IMG/VR virus record: IMGVR_UViG_3300008255_000388
Span: 1 to 27,986 of that record
DNA: 27,986 bases
Strand: one strand, 5' to 3'
Source: a virus
Lineage: Duplodnaviria > Caudoviricetes
This document shows, in pieces, positions 8,106-15,434 of this stretch. The position numbers and the translations under genes are program-made. Positions within the stretch are counted from its first letter, which is position 1. Every line of letters starts with the position of its first letter. The notes under the pieces were generated by a model. It was not told the DNA's origin, searched no databases, and saw nothing but the letters and a program-made list of their open reading frames with translations.

Positions 8106-8333
8106 TTATATTTTCATAAGTTTATTGACTTGTAAAGCCTTTATTAAGTCGCTATTTGTCATTTCTTTTACTTCAAGTTGTAATTTTGAACCACAGTTTG
8201 GGCAAGCCAAAACGCTAACAGCAGGTATATTCAAATTTTGCATACTGTTGTGCTCAACTTTAAATTCTTCTGTGAAATATGTTTTTTTAGTTTCCCAATT
8301 TGACCATTCATCTGTACATATTGAAATGCACAA
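8106..8333 (-). CDS. Putative zinc-finger protein (YgiT-type-like); true start uncertain
   Basis: CISIC...NIPAVSVLACPNCG; the coupled ATG at 8347 is out of frame by one base. Confidence 0.5.
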   Translation of the reverse strand: MCISICTDEWSNWETKKTYFTEEFKVEHNSMQNLNIPAVSVLACPNCGSKLQLEVKEMTNSDLIKALQVNKLMKI

Positions 8334-8343
8334 TTTTTTGTTG

Positions 8344-8625
8344 TCATTTTAGGTTTACTCCGTATTTGGATTTTTGACCTTTGTAGGATGGAAAGCCTAG
8401 TTCTCGCATAACCATTTCGTAAACGTCATCGATATATGACATTTGTTTTGGTCTAAAAGCTTTATCTGGGAATGCTGAAATGTTATCCATTGCTGCAAGA
8501 TGTTTTGCACCATTTCTGCGTTTTAGCAGTAGTTCTTTATGTTCATAAATGAAACGAAGTTTCGCGAATGAAGATCGACGTGAATAATCAGTGTCGTCGT
8601 GGAATTGCGCTTTTGACATTTTCAC
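8344..8625 (-). CDS. Hypothetical protein
   Basis: 93-aa ORF in the operon (start 8625 or 8619). Confidence 0.65.
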   Translation of the reverse strand: MKMSKAQFHDDTDYSRRSSFAKLRFIYEHKELLLKRRNGAKHLAAMDNISAFPDKAFRPKQMSYIDDVYEMVMRELGFPSYKGQKSKYGVNLK

Positions 8626-8785
8626 CGCCGTTATTTTTATCTACCCAATAACGCTGTTCTGTTACAGTTTTATTTTCCAAAAAAGCTTTAATTTTAATTC
8701 TCATTTCTTTTTCATCTTCAAAAATTTTGCTTACTTTTTTCCATACTCCGTTTTGTTTATATGATACTGTTAGTTTATAAATCAT
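8588..8785 (-). CDS. Hypothetical protein
   Basis: 65-aa ORF, co-oriented with the operon. Confidence 0.55.
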   Translation of the reverse strand: MIYKLTVSYKQNGVWKKVSKIFEDEKEMRIKIKAFLENKTVTEQRYWVDKNNGGENVKSAIPRRH

Positions 8786-8792
8786 AATTTAT

Positions 8793-8831
8793 AAAAAGGG
8801 ACTTAGGACAAACGGCAAAAACCTAAGCCCC
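8793..8831 (-). terminator. Putative intrinsic terminator/attenuator
   Basis: Minus strand GGGCTTAGG...CCTAAGTCCC stem followed by TTTTT. Confidence 0.5.
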
Positions 8832-8864
8832 CATTTCCCAACCGTTATGGAGACAACGAAACGG

Positions 8865-9569
8865 TTAGCAAACATTAGTAATAACTCCAGTTAATTTTTC
8901 TATTTCATCTTTGAATAACGCACTATCTGAATTCCCATCCGATAGGTGCATTAAATATATCCCCTTTAATTTGCTCAAATCGTTAGCTCTGAAGAACTCT
9001 TTCACGTTCTCTAGTGAAAAGTGCGAATTGAATAGTCTTTTTAGCACAGATACGTTAATCTCGTTGTTTTCATATCTTCTGTTAACTATCTCTTCCGAGT
9101 AATTGCATTCAATCATAACGTAATTGAGGCGTCTAAATTTGTATTTTAAATAAAAAGTGTCGGTAACAAATAGTAATCTTCCGAAACTTGCGTGTTCAAT
9201 TAAATATCCTAAAGGTTCAATTGCATCGTGTTGTATATCAAAAGGGAGTATGCGAAATCCACCAACATCAAAAGACTTTAATGGTTCTACTGGAATAGCT
9301 CGATGTGATTTTATTCCAAGCGTTGTAAATGTTCCAGCAGATGAATAAACATCAATTGAACGTTTGGTTAAGTCTTTTATCCCCTTAGAATGGTCAGAAT
9401 GGCTGTGCGAAACAATGCACCCTAACACTTTTTTTAAGTCAAAAGAAAGGTCCTTTTGTATTTCTTTATAACTTATTCCACACTCCAGGATGAGCGTTTC
9501 ACCTGGAGTATTTAATAAATAGCAATTCCCTTTAGAGGAACTGCCTAATATTTGTAAATCAAGATTCAT
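8865..9569 (-). CDS. Metallo-beta-lactamase-fold hydrolase (YycJ/PhnP-like putative exonuclease)
   Basis: GSSSKGN, SHSHSDH, HDA, TDT, IECNY and HLS motifs. Confidence 0.9.
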   Translation of the reverse strand: MNLDLQILGSSSKGNCYLLNTPGETLILECGISYKEIQKDLSFDLKKVLGCIVSHSHSDHSKGIKDLTKRSIDVYSSAGTFTTLGIKSHRAIPVEPLKSFDVGGFRILPFDIQHDAIEPLGYLIEHASFGRLLFVTDTFYLKYKFRRLNYVMIECNYSEEIVNRRYENNEINVSVLKRLFNSHFSLENVKEFFRANDLSKLKGIYLMHLSDGNSDSALFKDEIEKLTGVITNVC

Positions 9570-10475
9570 TTAAAAACCAGCTTCAATTTGTGCATTTGCT
9601 TCTTCAAGTTCTTTCGCTTCAATTGCTGCTTTCTCTTTATCGGTTAGACCATCGTTTTGAGGTTTATCATCAAAATCAATTTCAACACTATTTGCATTTT
9701 CTTCAACTTCGTTTTGAGCAGATATTTGAGCATCTTCAACTGTTGTGTATTCAGCTTCGGTAGCTCTGTTAATTGCATCAATCAAAACATCAGAATCATC
9801 AGAAGTGTTAAAGAATAGTTTGCAAGCTCGGTTGATCACAGATTTTTTCGCCATTTCTTCGGGAAATTTTTTGTGTGCAGGTGAATCTCCTTTCATAGCA
9901 CCTTGCCCCCATGCAGCTTTAATTTGTGGAATATTCATTATCTCAACGTAGTTTTGTTTACCTTCACGAACTATTACACAATAAGCACCAACTATTTTAT
10001 TGTTATCGATATTCTTAAAATCTTGGTCGTGTTTAACTATTTCTTTTAATCCATTCTCAAGATTTATTTTGTATTGGAAAGTATCATCTGCATAAATTAC
10101 GTTTGCAAAAACGTCTTGAATTCCTTTCAATCTTTTTGTTACTGCTACTGTACCCATATAAGAACGTGAAAGTTTTAATTCAGCACCATAGGTAATGAAG
10201 TAACATTGGTTTTTAGCTGGCGTTAAGCCTTGGACTACCATGTCCAACAAAGCATTCGCGATACTGCCTTTTGTGCACTTAAGGGCTTTAGGGTCGTCTT
10301 GAAGTTTCAACCACGCACTTTTCAATGCGTTCTCTGGTGAATAGTTTTGAGGAAAGAATATATTCCCACCAGCTTCTAATGCTTTTATTTTATTAAGCAC
10401 TTCATCTGTCACATTCTTTTCGTGCACTAATGCACCGCTTACTTTTACGATTTTTGTTTTTGTCTCGTCTTTCAT
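9570..10475 (-). CDS. recT: RecT-family single-strand annealing protein
   Basis: SIANALLDMVVQGLTPAKNQCYFI.YG, SYMG and FPEEMAKKSVINRACK motifs. Confidence 0.9.
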   Translation of the reverse strand: MKDETKTKIVKVSGALVHEKNVTDEVLNKIKALEAGGNIFFPQNYSPENALKSAWLKLQDDPKALKCTKGSIANALLDMVVQGLTPAKNQCYFITYGAELKLSRSYMGTVAVTKRLKGIQDVFANVIYADDTFQYKINLENGLKEIVKHDQDFKNIDNNKIVGAYCVIVREGKQNYVEIMNIPQIKAAWGQGAMKGDSPAHKKFPEEMAKKSVINRACKLFFNTSDDSDVLIDAINRATEAEYTTVEDAQISAQNEVEENANSVEIDFDDKPQNDGLTDKEKAAIEAKELEEANAQIEAGF

Positions 10476-10476
10476 T

Positions 10477-12438
10477 TTAAGCCACCTTTTTATTTAGTTT
10501 GTTTTCAATTCTCAATTCTTTGTCTTTTGACACAATTAAGTTTATGATTTGTGGATCAGTCCCAACATTAATTATTTCGTTTATGCTTTCTCGATTATCG
10601 ATAAAAATTGGAGCGGAAACATTGTAATAGGTGGATAGTGTGTTAATTATATCTAATCCAGCATTATATTTTGCAGCGTTATTTGCATCAGAAAATGGGA
10701 CACCATCGACTAACGCAACGCAAGTTTCAATAATGCCACCGTTTATTTGTGTTTCAAACAATTTGAAGTTCACAAACTTGAAAAGAGAATTAATCTTTTC
10801 TTCCAGCATCCCAACTTTAGCCTTAATGAAATTTTCACATAGGAAATCTTGTTTTTCAAGGTCTGCTATTTGTTGTGAAAGTTCTTTTTCTTGCTCTGAA
10901 AGTTCTTTTACCCTTGAAGCAGTAGTTTTATTTGATTCAAGATTATGGAGCATCCCCTTAGCTTTATCCAAACTATCGTTTAGAGACACTTTTTTATCGT
11001 GTAATTCGGCTGTATCAGTTTCAACATAATTGTTTATCTTTTGTTGTAGCTCTGCAATATCAACCAGTAATATTGCGCGTGTTTCTGGATAAACTATTTC
11101 AGCTTGCTCTTTCTTTAGCAACAGTTCTTTTTTATCGAAAACATCCAATTCCATTGGTTGTATTTTCTTCCCCAATACACTCACTTCCAATTCATCTTTA
11201 ACTAACATTTCTTTTGCTGCCTCTAAATCCTTTGCAAATTCTTTACCAGCTATTTGGATTTCACTTAGTTCGTGTGCTTTGTTTTTATTAAAATTAGCTA
11301 ATAATTCAGCTTTTTTGCTTTCAACAACATTGCTATCAAAGGCACGTTTGCAAGTAGGGCATTCAGCAAGTGAAGCATCAAACACAAATGCTTTACCAGA
11401 TTCTTTCGCAAATGAGTCTCTCAATGCTAAAATTCGTTGTTGCAATTTGTCTATGTCTTTTCGCTGCCCTTCATTAACTCTTTCGTAACTAGTTAAAGTA
11501 GCTTTGCTTGTTGAAATGTTTGAGTTAAGGTCTCTAATTTGGTCTTTTATAACATCGATTTCAGCTATTCTCAAATTCTTAGCGTCTCTTTCAAGCTGTG
11601 CAACTTCATTCATTTTAGTTCTAAGAAGTTCTTGCAATCCATTTTCCCTATTATAGTCAGATAAGCCTATAATTTGTTTATCAACTTCAACTATTTCAGT
11701 CTTTAACTTGTCAATATCTGACAAAATATTAGATTCAGTTGCATCAACCTTTAAAAACGAATTATTTAGCTCGTCAATTCTATAAGGAATGGATTTAATT
11801 TCATCATTTAATTTTTTACGTCTTGCAGCAATTGATTTTCTTGCGTCTGTAATATCTTTATCTTCAAGAAGTTCTGCTAATGGGCTTAGGCTTCTGTCAC
11901 TTGCGATTATATCGCTTACTGAAACATCACCAGCCATTTCTATTAAAATTGGTCTTCTGTTTTCCCATTTAACTTTATCGCTAAAATATAAAGGGTCTGT
12001 AATCATTTTGAATAGCTCTTCTTCTAGTAGATCGGTTATAGCTTCTTGATATTCAGATTTTTTGAAAGGAACATCATCAATTGAATAAAGTGTTTCGTGT
12101 CCAGAGAATACAGATTCAGCAGAACCACGTTTCTTAGTCCAATTCTCTTTGTAAATCTTTTCAAAAGTTTTTTGTTTGGCATTGATTAAAAGCGTACCAA
12201 TTACACAATGCTCTAAATTGTGGATTACTTGATTGTCTTTATCAAGTGTTTTGATTTCAAAATCTTTTCGATTTGTGCTATCTTTATCGAATAGCAACCA
12301 TCTGAAAGCGTCTTGGATTGTAGTTTTACCAGTTCCGTTTTCTCCAAAAATATCGGTTTGTTCTGAAAAATCTATTTTTAGATATTTAATACCCTTGAAA
12401 TTTTTTAGCTCTAATCTTTTTAATTTTATGGTTTTCAT
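10477..12438 (-). CDS. SMC/Rad50(SbcC)-like coiled-coil ATPase
   Basis: LKNFKG, Walker A GENGTGKTT, long coiled coil with central CPTC, Walker B IFIDNRES. Confidence 0.9.
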   Translation of the reverse strand: MKTIKLKRLELKNFKGIKYLKIDFSEQTDIFGENGTGKTTIQDAFRWLLFDKDSTNRKDFEIKTLDKDNQVIHNLEHCVIGTLLINAKQKTFEKIYKENWTKKRGSAESVFSGHETLYSIDDVPFKKSEYQEAITDLLEEELFKMITDPLYFSDKVKWENRRPILIEMAGDVSVSDIIASDRSLSPLAELLEDKDITDARKSIAARRKKLNDEIKSIPYRIDELNNSFLKVDATESNILSDIDKLKTEIVEVDKQIIGLSDYNRENGLQELLRTKMNEVAQLERDAKNLRIAEIDVIKDQIRDLNSNISTSKATLTSYERVNEGQRKDIDKLQQRILALRDSFAKESGKAFVFDASLAECPTCKRAFDSNVVESKKAELLANFNKNKAHELSEIQIAGKEFAKDLEAAKEMLVKDELEVSVLGKKIQPMELDVFDKKELLLKKEQAEIVYPETRAILLVDIAELQQKINNYVETDTAELHDKKVSLNDSLDKAKGMLHNLESNKTTASRVKELSEQEKELSQQIADLEKQDFLCENFIKAKVGMLEEKINSLFKFVNFKLFETQINGGIIETCVALVDGVPFSDANNAAKYNAGLDIINTLSTYYNVSAPIFIDNRESINEIINVGTDPQIINLIVSKDKELRIENKLNKKVA

Positions 12439-12464
12439 TTCAAGTCTCCATTGAAATAATTATA

Positions 12465-12827
12465 TTATAAAAATACGCTTGATACTGCGCTGAATATTTG
12501 TTTTCCCATTGCAGATGGTTGTTTAACTCCCATCATCCCTTTAACTATTTCTTTACCAACATTAGACAAGATATAGTTAGTATTTTGCTTTAATGTTCGG
12601 CTGTTCAATTTGCTTGGTCTTACTGGATGGATTTGAATTAAGCCATTTTTTAGGCTTTCGTTAAAACGCCCATTTAGTTCATTGATTGGAACTTTTATAA
12701 AATCTGCAATTTCTTGTTGTGTCGATTCCCCAAGTTCCCAAAGTGGCAATAAACAGTTTTCTAGTCGCTTTTTACTTACTTTTACATCGTTGTAGGCGTT
12801 GATTCTGTTTGTTTCTGTTGTGTTCAT
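12465..12827 (-). CDS. Putative winged-HTH DNA-binding protein
   Basis: STQQEIADFIKVPINELNGRFNESLKNGLIQ pattern; GGAG SD. Confidence 0.65.
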   Translation of the reverse strand: MNTTETNRINAYNDVKVSKKRLENCLLPLWELGESTQQEIADFIKVPINELNGRFNESLKNGLIQIHPVRPSKLNSRTLKQNTNYILSNVGKEIVKGMMGVKQPSAMGKQIFSAVSSVFL

Positions 12828-13014
12828 AATTAGTCTCCAGTTTAATTAAAAAATAATATTGATATGCCTCTGACTATTCCGTATAATGGCTATTTTATGT
12901 GTTGTTGTAAGAAGATATTTATGCACTATTATTAGAGGTACTATGCTAGCCTACGCTGCTGTCATTAACACTAAATGCTAACTCATATCAATATTTTTAA
13001 GAACAATTTTACTT

Positions 13015-13079
13015 TGGCAAGTGGGAGGGACTCGAACCCCCGCCATCTCAATGCTCTAACCAACTGAGCTACCACTCGC
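13015..13079 (-). ncRNA. tRNA-like RNA lacking the anticodon arm (65 nt)
   Basis: GCGAGTGG TA GCTC AGTTGGTTA GAGC A TTGAGATGGC GGGGG TTCGAGT CCCTC CCACTTGC CA: acceptor, D and T arms intact; only 10 nt where about 22 nt of anticodon arm plus variable loop are expected. Confidence 0.8.
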
Positions 13080-13085
13080 TTTTAA

Positions 13086-13223
13086 TTACATTTTTGAATA
13101 AAAACTTTTTAAGGCAATTATTGTTGCCTTGCCAATTAACCCCCAAATAGATTTTGCATGTACTTTGTAAATCTTGTCTGCTTCTAAACGATATAGGTTA
13201 TAGCCAATTACTGATACTTTCAT
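13086..13223 (-). CDS. Small basic hypothetical protein (45 aa)
   Basis: Manual translation MKVSVIGYNLYRLEADKIYKVHAKSIWGLIGKATIIALKSFYSKM; GAGGA SD; starts 2 nt after the upstream stop. Confidence 0.5.
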   Translation of the reverse strand: MKVSVIGYNLYRLEADKIYKVHAKSIWGLIGKATIIALKSFYSKM

Positions 13224-13224
13224 T

Positions 13225-13317
13225 TCATTTCATTTCCTCATAAAATTTTCTTAGAAAATGGATTAAAAACGGACTCAAAACAGCTGCCGTTGCTATTAAA
13301 ACTGCTATTGTTATCAT
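13225..13317 (-). CDS. Small membrane peptide (30 aa)
   Basis: MITIAVLIATAAVLSPFLIHFLRKFYEEMK; ATGA overlap with the upstream gene. Confidence 0.5.
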   Translation of the reverse strand: MITIAVLIATAAVLSPFLIHFLRKFYEEMK

Positions 13318-13586
13318 GCTACTTCCCTCTTAAATTTATCATCATACATTCCTTTTAATATTGCTCTAACTCTTAATAACTCTGTATCATCTGTTGTATA
13401 GTCTTCGTTCCTTTTAATGTAGTTATCAAGCTGTTCTTTGCTAATTCTATCGTTTTGATATGGATACATCTGATGTGTTTTAATCATTCCGTATTGGATT
13501 AGCACGTTCAAATATTTAACGTCTAGTTTCAAATATTCACTAGCTTGTGTTTTGTTTAGCGAATGTGGGGTTATCGGAGCTTTCAT
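13314..13586 (-). CDS. Excisionase-like HTH_17 DNA-binding protein
   Basis: LNKTQASEYLKLD....LIQYGMIK...RISKEQLDNYI; ATG 13586 with GGAG SD and ATGA overlap. Confidence 0.7.
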   Translation of the reverse strand: MKAPITPHSLNKTQASEYLKLDVKYLNVLIQYGMIKTHQMYPYQNDRISKEQLDNYIKRNEDYTTDDTELLRVRAILKGMYDDKFKREVA

Positions 13587-13936
13587 TTTATCAACTCCCA
13601 ATAATCTTTTATATAATCAATTGGCTTTGAATCTCCAGTAATTTTACAGATTGAAATAAGATTGTTCACCGTTGGGTATGTTGGGTTAAATTTGTTGGTG
13701 TATTTCCTTAAAGTCTGTGGGTGGATATTCAATAGGGTTGAAATTACTTCGTAACCGTCTGCATAAGCGTCTGTCTCTCGTAATTTATTTTCAAAGTCTG
13801 TGATTGCTCTATGCAATAGAATTGGCAGTTTCCCCAAATTAACCTCTGATTCGTTCTTGGTTATCTTCTCATTAACGTGGCTATTGATATTTATGCGTTG
13901 TAGTTTCATAATAGATTTATGATTGCTCTTTAACAT
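13583..13936 (-). CDS. Phage CII-like regulatory protein
   Basis: LNIHPQTLRKYTNKFNPTYPTVNNLISICKITGDSKPIDYI resembles the CII/CP76 family; alternative start 13909. Confidence 0.55.
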   Translation of the reverse strand: MLKSNHKSIMKLQRININSHVNEKITKNESEVNLGKLPILLHRAITDFENKLRETDAYADGYEVISTLLNIHPQTLRKYTNKFNPTYPTVNNLISICKITGDSKPIDYIKDYWELIK

Positions 13937-14150
13937 TTTGTGAAACTTCTTCTTCGGATGTACCTTTTATCCAATCGTTTATTTCGCTTGCGTAATAATA
14001 TAAACGTCCGTTGGGAGCCCGATGACAAGGGATACTGCGTTCATCACCGTCTTTGGATTTATGACGGTTTAATGTTATGCCATTTTTTGATAAACTTAGA
14101 AATAACGCGGCTTCGTTTATACTCATTGGTCGTTCTGTTGTTTTTTCCAT
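13917..14150 (-). CDS. HTH_17/excisionase-like DNA-binding protein
   Basis: MSINEAALFLSLSKNGI...IPCHR.PNGRLYYYASEINDWI. Confidence 0.75.
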   Translation of the reverse strand: MEKTTERPMSINEAALFLSLSKNGITLNRHKSKDGDERSIPCHRAPNGRLYYYASEINDWIKGTSEEEVSQNVKEQS

Positions 14151-14155
14151 GATGG

Positions 14156-14389
14156 TTATCCTTTTTTGTCCTCTAATAATTTTGTTAAATACTTATCAAG
14201 TTTGTTAAGTAGGTGCGGAGACTTCCCAGAAAATGCTTGGCTTATTTGTGCATTTGTTTTTTTGAAAAGTTTGGTTAGTGATGTCTGCGTTCTCCCGAGT
14301 CTTTTTAATTTCATAAGAACTTCCAAAGGGTCGGCAGTTACTACTTTCAAATGTTGATTCTTTTTTGTATTTTTTATTTCAGTTGTCAT
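14156..14389 (-). CDS. Cro-like HTH regulator
   Basis: LKRLGRTQTSLTKLFKKTNAQISQAFSG; first gene divergent from the repressor. Confidence 0.7.
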   Translation of the reverse strand: MTTEIKNTKKNQHLKVVTADPLEVLMKLKRLGRTQTSLTKLFKKTNAQISQAFSGKSPHLLNKLDKYLTKLLEDKKG

Positions 14390-14430
14390 AATTTTTGAAC
14401 TCTGTTAAGTTTTTGTTTATCGTTGATGTA

Positions 14431-14475
14431 AATATAAGACAATTATTTCATTCTTGTCAAGTGAAATGATATAAT
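14431..14475. promoter_or_regulatory. Divergent lysis/lysogeny promoters and operator
   Basis: Minus strand: TTGACA(14460-14455)-18 nt-TATATT(14436-14431). Plus strand: extended -10 TGATATAAT (14467-14475). Inverted repeat ATTTCA-N11-TGAAAT (14445-14467). Confidence 0.7.
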
Positions 14476-14521
14476 TTTCTCATTTTATTTATAAGTCGTT
14501 GTTATTAAAGGAAATAAACTT

Positions 14522-14914
14522 TTGAGCATTGGTAAAAGACTTGAAATATTCCGTGAATCAATTGGAATTAAAACTGCTAAAGCGTTTGGTGAAATGATAG
14601 ATATGAAACCAGGCAGTTATCAGAAATATATTTCTGATGTTAGCGTTCCTGGTGGGAATATTTTAATTAAACTTGCTGAACTCGGAGCAGATATAAATTA
14701 CATACTAACTGGGGAAGGCTACGTGGATAAAGGCATTGAACGAGTTTTTGAAGAACGTTTCAAGAAATTGGAATCTCGGATTACTGAACTCGAATCGGAA
14801 AATTATCGTTATATTAAACATATTGAAAAACTTGAAGGCGAAAAAGAGGTGTTGCTTTCTCAGGTATCTACTCTTAACGAAATTGTTTCAGCAAAAAAAA
14901 TAGGGAAGACGTAA
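14522..14914 (+). CDS. CI-like XRE-family HTH repressor with C-terminal coiled coil (no S24 peptidase domain)
   Basis: IGKRLEIFRESIGIKTAKAFGEMIDM...PGGNILIKLAELGADINYILTGEG. Confidence 0.85.
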   Translation: MSIGKRLEIFRESIGIKTAKAFGEMIDMKPGSYQKYISDVSVPGGNILIKLAELGADINYILTGEGYVDKGIERVFEERFKKLESRITELESENYRYIKHIEKLEGEKEVLLSQVSTLNEIVSAKKIGKT

Positions 14915-14958
14915 CCCCCATTTTGGGGAGAATAATGTTATAAATATAGAGGTAAGAA

Positions 14959-15330
14959 ATGAAGAAGTTATTTTTATTATTATTATTAAGCTTATTAGTC
15001 GGTTGCGATTCGTCAACCGAACCAGAAACAAGCCCTTTTAAGGGAGATTGGAATATCGTTTTTGCTGGTAGCTATATTGGTAGTGGTTCTATGCCAATTG
15101 ATTCCAACGGTAAATTTTCAGTAATTGTTCTTTTAAGGAATAGTGACAATGTATCGTTTACAAATACTATCACTGGTTCTGTCAATTCATCTGGTACTAT
15201 GTCTGCAAATACATATTATAACGGTGAAAAAATTGGAACTGTTTCTGGGAAGTTTGTAGGCAAAACCGCTAGTGGGAGTTACCAAACCGTTCAGCCAACT
15301 TCAGGCACTTGGTCTGCCACAAAGAAATGA
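14959..15330 (+). CDS. Lipoprotein, beta-rich
   Basis: Signal peptide MKKLFLLLLLSLLVG-C with lipobox; Gly/Ser/Thr-rich beta-strand pattern; GAGG SD. Confidence 0.85.
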   Translation: MKKLFLLLLLSLLVGCDSSTEPETSPFKGDWNIVFAGSYIGSGSMPIDSNGKFSVIVLLRNSDNVSFTNTITGSVNSSGTMSANTYYNGEKIGTVSGKFVGKTASGSYQTVQPTSGTWSATKK

Positions 15331-15434
15331 GAACTCAAAAAAGCATAAATGAGCAATTAAGCGGACAGTTTACTGTTGTGTTAATAATTCTTGTAATAAC
15401 TGGCATTATTTATTTAATAGACTGGTTAACTTGA
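15327..15434 (+). CDS. Small single-TM membrane peptide (35 aa)
   Basis: MRTQKSINEQLSGQFTVVLIILVITGIIYLIDWLT; ATGA overlap upstream and stop adjacent to the integrase ATG. Confidence 0.55.
   Translation: MRTQKSINEQLSGQFTVVLIILVITGIIYLIDWLT

Noticed and set aside
12855-12995. Retron msr-msd (a1/a2 inverted repeats)
   Set aside because: No reverse transcriptase in the window
13015-13079. Standard decoding tRNA, tmRNA or second att site
   Set aside because: No anticodon arm; has a D-stem and no tag ORF, unlike tmRNA; both ends are present, unlike an att fragment
14915-14928. CCCC-ATTTT-GGGG hairpin after cI as a terminator
   Set aside because: Short stem and no U-tract
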